DNA of 64,000 bases from a virus. Below, piece after piece: positions 26,725 to 36,875 of the stretch (positions are counted from its first letter, which is position 1; each line of letters begins with the position of its first letter). Both the position numbers and the translations under genes were made by a program. Location of the stretch: positions 30,556 to 94,555 of IMG/VR virus record IMGVR_UViG_3300016469_000571; one strand, 5' to 3'. Below the pieces are notes generated by a model, which did no database searches, was not told where the DNA came from, and saw only the letters and a list, made by a program, of their open reading frames with translations.

Positions 26725-29700
26725 TCAAATGAATAAATTGTCTGTTAATTCAGGACTAATTAGTAATGGCTCGTTATTAAATCCTGCTTTTTTCAAAAAT
26801 ACAGTAATTTGAACTTTTGTAGACAAAGTTGGTTTTGTTACGTCTTTTGTTATATTTGTAAAATTTAATCTTAACAAACCTGTTAATTGATCAACATAAA
26901 CCCCCATTTTAGGATCAACAATAATACCTTCATCTAATAAGTCATATCCATCTAATATAGGAGAAAAGGCTTGCATAGAAACATCAAATCTAACTTGATT
27001 ATTTAATAAAGCCGTTGACTGAACATAAGTACAATCAGCAAACTTCATTGCTTTAAATCCTGAAATTGTTTTACCATTAGCATACTCATAAACAAAGTTG
27101 CTAAATATATTAATTGATTTCTCTGTACCTAGAAAATTATCTGGTACTTCTATTGTAATAGAACCAACTTCAAAATCTACTTTAAAATAATCTTTATTTG
27201 TATTTAAAATCTGACCACCAACAATTAAATTACCAGGTACATATTTATTAACTACTCCTGGATCAAAGCTTAATTCTAATGGATAAGATACTTCAATTGG
27301 ACAATTATCATCACATGTAAATTCATTAAACCCACTTGTTTCAATAATTGCATTTGGAACATATACTAATTTTGATTTTGTTATTATAAAATAATCTTTC
27401 CATAATAACTTTGGATCAGCAAAGGCTGAAACATTTGAACTAGAAAAATCTCTATTTTGCAGACTTGTATTTAATTCAAAAATATCTGGTAATAAATGCA
27501 AATTTGATCTTACAGAATAATAATCATCGTGCCTATCAACAAATGATTCTAACTGTATTTTTAATACATCAAATGTTGTTCCTATTTTATTATATGGATT
27601 TGTTGTTGGAGCTGGATAAGATAATGTTGGAAATGAAGTTACTTCTGACCTAGTTAAATAACTTTCAATTAAATAACCATCATATCCATCAATTAAAAAG
27701 TCACCATTTACATTACATCTTAATAATGACAATAAAACATTATTATCTAAATATTTTTTTCTTATATTTATATTAGTACCATCTAAACCAATGATCTCAT
27801 ATCTTCCTTGATTTTGCAAATTAGATGGATCATAAATTACTAAATGATAATCAGCTAAAGCTGGAAAAGATGAAAAATCTATATTGGCGCTAGAGAATTC
27901 ACTGTCTGTGTTATTTGTAGGTAGTAAAACACCATCAAACTCTACAACAACAATTGTATCTGTATTATCAATTAATTCAAAATTTAAAGTATTAGCAGAA
28001 ACACATGTGTTAGTTAAAAAACTATAACCATTTACACATGTAGTTGTGATTGTATCTGTTGTAATGACACTATCTAATGGAGGACTAATATTTAAATCAA
28101 AATCTAAATATTTAGACAATTCAGAATAATCTGATTCATCTACTATACAGTCTCCATTCCAATCTCCATAAGTCATTGTAAGTTTTTTAGCATCACCTAC
28201 TCTATAATAAAGATTTGGGTTTGATAAATCAGGAGTGAATTTTGAGCCAATCAATTCTCCATTTACAAATGCAGATAACAACTCAGATAAATACCCATCT
28301 TTTCTAGGATCTGTATTATCTTCTAATAATGGAATATAAATTTCATTATTTAATATTGTCCAATATTTTAAAACTAAATTATAATTGGTTGTGGATTCTA
28401 TTTTTTTATTTTTATCAGAGATAACGCCAAGTTTTAAACTTGAATTAAAAGAATCTAAATTAGAGGTTTCTATTGTAGACAATAAATCTACTGTTGGTGT
28501 TTTTTGTTGCTTTGAATTAGTAGTAGTTCCAGTTCTTTTATTTTCTACTAAATCACTATATTCTGTTGTTGAAGTAACAACAGCAGTAAAAACATCATTA
28601 CCATTAAATGATAAACTATCTAAACTATAATCTACATTCACACCATTTAATTCTTTTACTTTTGGTATTTCTATACCAAAACCATCTTCATATATTTTTG
28701 CAGAAGATACTTTTGCATTATCTGAATATATTTCAAACCATAAATCTTCAGATTGAATATCCGTCCAATAATTACCATTAAATATGGTAACTCTTGAATT
28801 GTTTGTTAAATCTTGACCTGTATAAATTTTAAAATCACATTTTGTTGCAGATCCAGATCTTTTAATTGTAAAAGCATAGTATTTGTCTTTTTCAATCTTT
28901 TTTGTAGCTACAGTTGTGTTGCTTAATACAAAATCAATTGGTTGAGATGTATTGCTTAATGCAAAACCTTTTTCTAATAAAGAATTATAATTAAATGTTA
29001 ATTGAGCTAATGGAGTTGGAATTGGATCAAATTCTATTTCTAAGTTTGGAGCCAAATCTGTAGGACATGATATTGTTGATTGTAAAGGATAAATAGTAAA
29101 AACCAAATCTCCTTCCCACTCTAAATCCAATTCATCTCCTGGATCATTATTCTCTACAGATAACAACAATCTAATTTTTTGTATATTATCTGAATTTGAT
29201 TTAAATTTTTGACCAATTTCTGTTGTAATATCGTTTTTAGCTAGCTCTCTTGAAGAATACTCTGTAGTATATATAGCTAATGAAGAAACATCATAATTTG
29301 GCAATGCTGCATTTAGTAATGATGTTAAGTCTACTGTTGATGTGCTAAAAAAATCTCTCCAAAATAAATTTGGTTGTAGATTTTGAGAAACGGTTAAACA
29401 ATCTCTTGACAATACCCCAGATAATGCTTCATATACTCTTAAAGTTCCACCTAAATTTAATGAAAGAGTATTTGCAAACATATCGTTAATTAATATAGAT
29501 ATTATTTGCTTAAAATGTAATTTTGAAAATTGAGATTCATTTTTATGAAACTTAAATGTTTCATAAATTAATTCTCCATTAAAGTTTAATCCAAAGATTG
29601 CAACCTTAACTGTTCTTAATCCAAAAACATCTGAGTCTTCTAAGTTAACTTCTAATTGATTACCATAGTCAGAATCAGATGGTTGAGTAGATGGGGATAA

Positions 29701-29922
29701 TGGAGTACCATCTAAATTTCCAACAATTGTACTAGAATCAAATAGTTTTATTTTGCTTAAATTATCTGGCAAAATGCCTTGACCTATATGATTGTAGGTC
29801 AAACCAGATGCTACTGTATTTATATAATTTTGTTCAGTAGATAAATCATCATTATCTACTTGTTGTCCATTTAACCAAATGTTTTGTTTGCTTGTAACGT
29901 CTTTTCGCATATTTGCTCTCAA
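26725..29922 (-). CDS. Large virion/baseplate-associated protein with dockerin-like Ca-binding motifs
   Basis: 1065 aa following the baseplate wedge; N-terminal W..GQQVD..DL..EQ; two D/N-x-N-G-D loops. Confidence 0.6.
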   Translation of the reverse strand: MRANMRKDVTSKQNIWLNGQQVDNDDLSTEQNYINTVASGLTYNHIGQGILPDNLSKIKLFDSSTIVGNLDGTPLSPSTQPSDSDYGNQLEVNLEDSDVFGLRTVKVAIFGLNFNGELIYETFKFHKNESQFSKLHFKQIISILINDMFANTLSLNLGGTLRVYEALSGVLSRDCLTVSQNLQPNLFWRDFFSTSTVDLTSLLNAALPNYDVSSLAIYTTEYSSRELAKNDITTEIGQKFKSNSDNIQKIRLLLSVENNDPGDELDLEWEGDLVFTIYPLQSTISCPTDLAPNLEIEFDPIPTPLAQLTFNYNSLLEKGFALSNTSQPIDFVLSNTTVATKKIEKDKYYAFTIKRSGSATKCDFKIYTGQDLTNNSRVTIFNGNYWTDIQSEDLWFEIYSDNAKVSSAKIYEDGFGIEIPKVKELNGVNVDYSLDSLSFNGNDVFTAVVTSTTEYSDLVENKRTGTTTNSKQQKTPTVDLLSTIETSNLDSFNSSLKLGVISDKNKKIESTTNYNLVLKYWTILNNEIYIPLLEDNTDPRKDGYLSELLSAFVNGELIGSKFTPDLSNPNLYYRVGDAKKLTMTYGDWNGDCIVDESDYSELSKYLDFDLNISPPLDSVITTDTITTTCVNGYSFLTNTCVSANTLNFELIDNTDTIVVVEFDGVLLPTNNTDSEFSSANIDFSSFPALADYHLVIYDPSNLQNQGRYEIIGLDGTNINIRKKYLDNNVLLSLLRCNVNGDFLIDGYDGYLIESYLTRSEVTSFPTLSYPAPTTNPYNKIGTTFDVLKIQLESFVDRHDDYYSVRSNLHLLPDIFELNTSLQNRDFSSSNVSAFADPKLLWKDYFIITKSKLVYVPNAIIETSGFNEFTCDDNCPIEVSYPLELSFDPGVVNKYVPGNLIVGGQILNTNKDYFKVDFEVGSITIEVPDNFLGTEKSINIFSNFVYEYANGKTISGFKAMKFADCTYVQSTALLNNQVRFDVSMQAFSPILDGYDLLDEGIIVDPKMGVYVDQLTGLLRLNFTNITKDVTKPTLSTKVQITVFLKKAGFNNEPLLISPELTDNLFI

Positions 29923-32900
29923 ATATAATTTAAGAATATCCTGGAATTTGCTGGCTTAAGTATTTTTAAAAGCTTCTCCATAATAAGCTTGCTTTGAGGA
30001 TTATCTTTTAATATATTAAAAGAATCAAATATATCTAACGTAAACTCAAAAATACCTGACTTTTTGTTTATTAACAAACAAAAATCTTCAAATAAATTAT
30101 ACTCTATATCTGAATCAAGTAAATATGTAGTATACAAATCTTTTACAACAGGCAAGCTATTAACTCCTAAATAGCTTATATCTATTGATTCATTTAAATA
30201 CTTAAATGAATTTCTATATTTGTTAGACAGTCTTAAATTATCTAAAGATATATTTCCATAATTTCTTGAGCTAAAATCAGAGCCCAATGTAAAATAATTT
30301 ATTGTATCTTTAAAAGATATTTCTTTATCAAAGAAATACCCATCATAACCGTCTCCTAATATAGTAGACTCAAAATAATTATTAAAGTAAATAGAACCTT
30401 CATAACTTATTTGCGAATGTCTATAACCATCTATAAACAATAATAAATTCTCATTGCTAGAGTTAAACTTATAAGAGGCTTTTACTCTATGCCAAGAATT
30501 TTTTTCCCAAACAATTGGAGCTTTTATTGCATAAAGTTTATTGCTAGCTGTAATTTCAAAATTTAAATTGCTATTTGCATCTTTATAAATAGAGATTCTA
30601 TCTCCGTTTGTTCCTTTTGGAATATAAATTACTTTTACTTTTGTATTATTTTGAGGTAATGGTTTGCCTAGTTTTATTACTTGCTCATTTATTGTTGTTT
30701 GAGTCTTAGGCTTGTAAGATACAATAACTTGAACATTGTTATTTGGTAAGTTTTTATTCAAATAAATGGTTTTACCATCACTTGAAATTGAACCACCATC
30801 AAAATAATCTGTATTTAAAAAGTTATTTATTTTTACATATAAAACTTGTAATGCTGGATTTGTAATAACTACTTTATTAGATGATGTAGATGTTACTACT
30901 TCATTTACAGAATCTTTTCTTACATAGTCTATTGATCCACCAGAAAAATAATCAAAATCTGAGTCTAATGTTTTTACAGAAATAATTTGATCTGCTTTAG
31001 AAGATAAACTAATTAATTTTTTATTTGTTGATATTAACTCTTCTTCTATTAACGAAGTAGCATCAAAATAATATCTTGTATTAAAATCATACAAAGTATC
31101 ATAAATTGGACTTATCCAAAACTCTATTGTTCCTTCTTTTTTTGAATCCAAATAACCTAAATTGGTTATGTTTAAAGATCTATCTTTTAAATAAATAGAA
31201 TTATTAAATTCTGAGTTTACAGAATTATTTGAATAAATAATATTGTTGTCTTTTAAAGCAACATAATAATTAGCTTCATTTTCAAATGGAAACGAATTAA
31301 ATTTACTTAAAAATGTAAGATTTTTAGAAAGCTTTGTTCCTTTAATAGAATTAAAGTTTTTAGTAACCGAATCATTATCAGTTAAATATTCTCCTGTTCT
31401 TACATCAGTAAGAGCTATATTATATACAGCTAATTCGTTTATTATTGAATTACAATGATTTTGAGATAAATAGTCAGTACCTACATGAACTAACTCTCCA
31501 AAATCATAGTCAATACTTAAATAAGCTGGATAGCTAAATTCATAAAAACCTTTTCTTAATAAATATTGTTGACCTGGATAATCTAATGGTTCAAAATAAA
31601 AGAACCCATTTCCAATTCCAGATGCATTATCTACTGTTTTATAGATTTTATAAATACCATTTGTAAAACTATTTATTGGTAATGGATATCCTGTAGATAA
31701 TGGATCTAACTCTAATAAATAACCATCTACATTTGTTATTTTATAAAAACCAGCCATTGTTATAGGATCTTCTATTACAAGAGTGTCTCCTATATTACCT
31801 AGTGAAAAGTTATTGCTATAATCAACAACAGTTGTATCGTTAAACTTTTCTAAGTTAGATCCAGAACTAACTACATAACTATATTTAAGCACTGGTGTAT
31901 AATAGCTAACTTCTGGTTCAAAAATATTTTCAAACTCTGAAACTTTTATACTGCATAAAGCTTTAGTTGGATTTATACAATCTGCTAGTATTTTTACTTT
32001 ACTAACAGAAATAAATAAATTAGTTGTATTTAATGACCCATAATCATTAAATGATAGTATCTCAGATGTAGAAGAATATCCAACATAACCAAAAACTTCA
32101 ACTGTTAATGGATTTGTAAAATCTACATTTGTACCAGAAATTTCTACTTTTATTACTCTACCAGATTGTGAATTTATTGGATTATCTGTTAGTATTTCAC
32201 TATCGTATGTGTTTCCTAGTATTGTTGAATTGCTTGAGCTAATAAGTGTATTGTTAAGCAACAACTTATAAATCTCTACGTCAGAAATAGATGTAGGTCT
32301 TGGAAGTTGAGTTTTTATTATATTAGATAAATTATCAGACCATTGATAATATTTTGCTTTTACTACTTCATGATTTAATCCAAGACTTGTCGCAAACAAC
32401 AATTCATTTGAATTTAATCCATTTTTAATGGTTATTGTATTTTTACTTAGTTCATAATCAGATATTTCTGCTCTAGGACTTCGCAATTCAGTTTCTTCTG
32501 TAGAATAAATAAAGAATTCTACACCAGAGCTAGAAACATTTATTGTAGAATCTAATTCTAATTGATTAACATTAACAGATATTATTGTATAATAATCTTC
32601 TAAACCAGAATAATTAATTCTAATTAAATCACCAACAGAAACTATATTTGTAAAATCATTTGTTGATAACACAATATTTGTATTATTTAATGTAAGATCA
32701 TTGTCTGTAAAATAATAAGATAATTTATAAAAGTAATTATTTGTGTTTAAATAATATCTTCCATATCCATCAAAATTAGTTTGATTTACAGAGAATTCTA
32801 GATTTGTTAATGAAACCGGCATATTTGTATCAAGAGTTAAATCTTGACCAGATACAGATAGTATTTGATATCCATTTTCATTAAATAAATCATTTTTAAT

Positions 32901-35900
32901 AAAAATTGAATCTCCAGGAGAGATATTAAAAGCAGAAAAATTAATTAATGAACTTACAATTGGAGAGCCAATTGTTGTTTCCAAATCAACGGAGCCAACA
33001 ATATCTTTTCCTGCCACTCCAACGAAAGTCTCTTTGGCTGTGGTTCGGAAGTCTTGTCGGATGTAATTTCTAATATTGCTAGAATAAGTTAAGGAATTCT
33101 GAACCTCGGTGCCATCTACGAAGAGGTGTAGCTCGTCTCTCGAAAGTTTAGAATTCAATTTCCAGCTAACGTATACTTGATGATTCTCTCCAAAATTCCA
33201 ACTAGAAATATCTGTTGAAATTGAATGTTTTTTACTATTATTATCTATTACTTCAAATACTAAATAACCTGATTTATCTTTATAAATAGAAAATCTATTT
33301 TTATCTTTTTTAATATCTATAAAGTATTTTTTACTATCAGCTATAAAACCATACAATTCATTCTTGTATGAAGAATTTGTTACTATTGTTAGTTTTGAAT
33401 TCGTAGATAAAACACTTGTTGGATAACCATCCATTACTTTAAAATCATAAAAATCTGATTGTAATTTAATTTTAAATGTATTTGTAGGAGTTGAATAGCC
33501 ATCAACAACTTGTACATACCATCTTTCAAATAAGTTTGAAGGGTCTTTATCTAAATAAAAATAAACCCCATCTTTATTTGTATTAGGCGTTCCTTTAATT
33601 ACATTTTTAGTTAATGTAAAAATATTTGATTCTGGATGAATTTCTGTAGCCCCAATAAATATTTTGTCAGTAGATATATCTAAATTATCTTCTAATACTT
33701 CAACTAATATATTATTTAGATTATCTATTCCATTCCATTGTGGTGTAACCCAAAATCCTAAAGAACCTTCTTCTAGATTTAAATTATTAAATGATGGGAA
33801 AGTAATTGATCCATTATCAATTAAAACCCCATTACCATGCTTTGAAGGTAATAGCTCAAACTCTCCGATTGAATTTATTTGCTGCGGAGATAATAAACTT
33901 TCACCTACGCTCCAATTATTAAATTGAGATTCAATTACTTTTGGAGTAACATGAGTTATTTGTTTTACAATGTTTTTTATTGCAGGTATTGTTGGTCCTA
34001 ATATAAAAGAAGACATTGCAGCATATAATGCATCTCTGTATCTTTCTCTATTAAAAGATGGGTCTATGTTTGATAACTCGTCTACATTAACAAGAGTAGA
34101 GAAATTTCTTAATAAACCATCTCTTAAAGCTCCAACTTTATAGCTAACATAGTATGGAGTATTTGTTGATACTGTCCCCTCTCTAAAGTCTAGAGAGTTC
34201 GATCCATACTCATAATTAATTAATATTTCATCTGCTAAATAATTATAGTTGCAAACTAAAGAACCTCTAGCGTAATCTACTACAATTCTAGATAAATTAT
34301 TTATAGACATTAATAATTGTATTTTTACAGAACCTAAGCTAAGCGTGTCTAAAATTATTTTATTTGTTGCTTCTTCTATTGAAAAAGATAATACATCTAT
34401 TTCATTAGATGAAGCTAGGTCTGTTACAACCGTAGAGACGGTCAAATTTGATGAGGTATAGCCAACTTGTTTTGGTATTTCAACATAATATCCATCAAGA
34501 ACAGAATATTGTATTGTTTCAAAAAATGTTTTTTCAAAATTTGATACATTTATGTTTTTATTATTAAATACTGAAAAGTTTGCAAAATTTACAGGAGTAT
34601 CTGAATTTATAAAATCTTCATATTCATACAATCCAAAAATTTCAGAAACTTCATTTTTTACTTTAGGCACAAAAGAAGTGTTTTCAAAATATCCAACATT
34701 ATTTGAAATCAATAAATAAGGACTATTGTTTACATTATCTTCGTATGCATTAGCTAATCCATTAACAGATATAGTATCTTCTAATACACTAGAAGCATTT
34801 ACTTTTATTTCTTCAGTAGAAGGTTGTATGTAAGACAATTTATTTACATATAATACATGACTAAATTGTGGATTTATATCTGAGTATTTATAATTTGCTT
34901 CTCCAAAATCTTCTATTGTAAGAGAATCAACTCCAACAAACAAAAATCCATTTGCATAATCTACAACATACTCTCCTACGTCTAAAATTGAATTTTCATT
35001 AATAAAATGCTTTTCTACTTGAAAAATATTATTATCTAATATTAAAGAAGTATTTTTAAAATTTGCAATTCTATCGTTTGTAGAAGATATTATATTAGAT
35101 TTTGATAATTGAAATTTTGCTACAATAATTGTATTTGTATTTGTATTTGTTGAATAGTTTATTGGAATTAATTTTTCACTAAAACTATGAAAATCAACAA
35201 CTTCTTCATTTTGAAGAATTCTTGGTGGATTTGTATATCTAAAATAGACTTTATTACCATCAAATCTTGACAAGCTATATAACTCACCAGATGTTTCATT
35301 GTATATTCTAAAAACATTAGTTACTGGATAGTTTTGTGTTTGTAAAACATTTAATGCTAATAAATTATTGTTTATTCTTTCATTTAAACTTTCTTCATGC
35401 AAAGAAGCTTTATAATCTAGTCCGTTTTGATAAACTATTTCATAATTATACTTTACATAAAGTGTTTTATCTATTGCTTTTCCTTTTGGAAGGATTGCAA
35501 GATCGTATGTATTAGAATCATATACATAATCTATTTCTGATTGAAATGATTGTTTATATGTATACGAGACTACTGGTGGTTCCTCACCTGAACCTAAATT
35601 TGATGAGCTTTGTCCATACACATATATATTTCCTGTTTCGTAATTTACAGAATACTGACCAGGAGAAAATGGCAACTCTTCATATCTAAAATCTATTTCA
35701 TATAAAAATGCTGGATTTGGTGCGTTTGATGCTAAATTAGTAAAAACCAATCCATTTGATGATGGTGTATTGTTATTTGCATCAATGATATTTGAATTCT
35801 TTAAAAAGAAATTTGTAGATATTGGTGGTAAAACTTCTCTTACAATATCTTTTCTAGAAAAGATATCTGGATTATAAATTATTTTTGTTGTATTTTTGTA

Positions 35901-36875
35901 ATAATACTCTATGTCTATTTTTACTATTTGAGCAATATCAAAGTCAGGGTCTTTTAATATCTCTTCATTTAATTTTACTTGATTTGATTCTAATTGAAAA
36001 TATTTAGAAGCAAAATCAGGATCGTATTTTGGATCCAATAATTGATAGCCATACTTTTCTATATTATAAGTATAAATAGGGTTTAATGTTGATAATGTAA
36101 ATACTATAGATTTAATTTTTATTACATTTGATTTATTTAGATTTAGGTTAAAATTAACTACATTAAAATAACCTTTTGTATCAAAAGAATTTGTTGATAA
36201 AATTTCTGTATTATATGTTTCTTGTAAAGAAATTAATTTATAGTTTTTAGATGAAAAAACAAAAGTTTCTTCTGAAAAAGTATTTGTTGGTCTTGGTCCG
36301 ACTCTTATTATTTCATAAGCACTACCTTCATTTAATTTATCAAATGGTCCAGAACCTCTAGTTTTTAATTCATCAATAACATCAAAAGAAATATAGTTTT
36401 CATTTTTTACATTTTTAATAGCATCCAATGCAATATCTAAATTTTTAGATAATGAATCTACTATTGTAGATACAACTGTTCCATTGTCTATATTATAAAC
36501 ACCATCAGATAATGTTTGGTTGATTACTTGTTTAAAAAAATTTTCTTTTTCAATAGGTCCAATTATTTCATATACATTACCTACATTATCTTGCAAAAGA
36601 CTAGCTGTATTATTTAATGAATTAAATGTATAATTTAATGTTTTAACTGCTTTAACTTTATAAGCAACAAATGGTGTTAGCGGTTTGCATTTTACAAATA
36701 AAAAATTATCTTTTATCTTTACAGATAAAACACTTGCATCTGGAATAGATGCATTTGTAGATAAAATTTGAATATTTGATACTGATATACCACTAGATAA
36801 TTTATGTGAAAATTCTAATGTTAAATCTTGACTTGATTTTACTTCTACATTAACTAGTCTTAAATTTTCCATCAT
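29919..36875 (-). CDS. Giant baseplate wedge protein (P2 gpI/T4 gp7-like core) with LamG-like segments
   Basis: RERYRDAL...GPTIPAIK; two G(S/T)xxFW(V/I)xP motifs and two W...H.V..S.K...L.LF(V/I)DG motifs; C-terminal KPANSR; follows baseplate J. Confidence 0.65.
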   Translation of the reverse strand: MMENLRLVNVEVKSSQDLTLEFSHKLSSGISVSNIQILSTNASIPDASVLSVKIKDNFLFVKCKPLTPFVAYKVKAVKTLNYTFNSLNNTASLLQDNVGNVYEIIGPIEKENFFKQVINQTLSDGVYNIDNGTVVSTIVDSLSKNLDIALDAIKNVKNENYISFDVIDELKTRGSGPFDKLNEGSAYEIIRVGPRPTNTFSEETFVFSSKNYKLISLQETYNTEILSTNSFDTKGYFNVVNFNLNLNKSNVIKIKSIVFTLSTLNPIYTYNIEKYGYQLLDPKYDPDFASKYFQLESNQVKLNEEILKDPDFDIAQIVKIDIEYYYKNTTKIIYNPDIFSRKDIVREVLPPISTNFFLKNSNIIDANNNTPSSNGLVFTNLASNAPNPAFLYEIDFRYEELPFSPGQYSVNYETGNIYVYGQSSSNLGSGEEPPVVSYTYKQSFQSEIDYVYDSNTYDLAILPKGKAIDKTLYVKYNYEIVYQNGLDYKASLHEESLNERINNNLLALNVLQTQNYPVTNVFRIYNETSGELYSLSRFDGNKVYFRYTNPPRILQNEEVVDFHSFSEKLIPINYSTNTNTNTIIVAKFQLSKSNIISSTNDRIANFKNTSLILDNNIFQVEKHFINENSILDVGEYVVDYANGFLFVGVDSLTIEDFGEANYKYSDINPQFSHVLYVNKLSYIQPSTEEIKVNASSVLEDTISVNGLANAYEDNVNNSPYLLISNNVGYFENTSFVPKVKNEVSEIFGLYEYEDFINSDTPVNFANFSVFNNKNINVSNFEKTFFETIQYSVLDGYYVEIPKQVGYTSSNLTVSTVVTDLASSNEIDVLSFSIEEATNKIILDTLSLGSVKIQLLMSINNLSRIVVDYARGSLVCNYNYLADEILINYEYGSNSLDFREGTVSTNTPYYVSYKVGALRDGLLRNFSTLVNVDELSNIDPSFNRERYRDALYAAMSSFILGPTIPAIKNIVKQITHVTPKVIESQFNNWSVGESLLSPQQINSIGEFELLPSKHGNGVLIDNGSITFPSFNNLNLEEGSLGFWVTPQWNGIDNLNNILVEVLEDNLDISTDKIFIGATEIHPESNIFTLTKNVIKGTPNTNKDGVYFYLDKDPSNLFERWYVQVVDGYSTPTNTFKIKLQSDFYDFKVMDGYPTSVLSTNSKLTIVTNSSYKNELYGFIADSKKYFIDIKKDKNRFSIYKDKSGYLVFEVIDNNSKKHSISTDISSWNFGENHQVYVSWKLNSKLSRDELHLFVDGTEVQNSLTYSSNIRNYIRQDFRTTAKETFVGVAGKDIVGSVDLETTIGSPIVSSLINFSAFNISPGDSIFIKNDLFNENGYQILSVSGQDLTLDTNMPVSLTNLEFSVNQTNFDGYGRYYLNTNNYFYKLSYYFTDNDLTLNNTNIVLSTNDFTNIVSVGDLIRINYSGLEDYYTIISVNVNQLELDSTINVSSSGVEFFIYSTEETELRSPRAEISDYELSKNTITIKNGLNSNELLFATSLGLNHEVVKAKYYQWSDNLSNIIKTQLPRPTSISDVEIYKLLLNNTLISSSNSTILGNTYDSEILTDNPINSQSGRVIKVEISGTNVDFTNPLTVEVFGYVGYSSTSEILSFNDYGSLNTTNLFISVSKVKILADCINPTKALCSIKVSEFENIFEPEVSYYTPVLKYSYVVSSGSNLEKFNDTTVVDYSNNFSLGNIGDTLVIEDPITMAGFYKITNVDGYLLELDPLSTGYPLPINSFTNGIYKIYKTVDNASGIGNGFFYFEPLDYPGQQYLLRKGFYEFSYPAYLSIDYDFGELVHVGTDYLSQNHCNSIINELAVYNIALTDVRTGEYLTDNDSVTKNFNSIKGTKLSKNLTFLSKFNSFPFENEANYYVALKDNNIIYSNNSVNSEFNNSIYLKDRSLNITNLGYLDSKKEGTIEFWISPIYDTLYDFNTRYYFDATSLIEEELISTNKKLISLSSKADQIISVKTLDSDFDYFSGGSIDYVRKDSVNEVVTSTSSNKVVITNPALQVLYVKINNFLNTDYFDGGSISSDGKTIYLNKNLPNNNVQVIVSYKPKTQTTINEQVIKLGKPLPQNNTKVKVIYIPKGTNGDRISIYKDANSNLNFEITASNKLYAIKAPIVWEKNSWHRVKASYKFNSSNENLLLFIDGYRHSQISYEGSIYFNNYFESTILGDGYDGYFFDKEISFKDTINYFTLGSDFSSRNYGNISLDNLRLSNKYRNSFKYLNESIDISYLGVNSLPVVKDLYTTYLLDSDIEYNLFEDFCLLINKKSGIFEFTLDIFDSFNILKDNPQSKLIMEKLLKILKPANSRIFLNYI

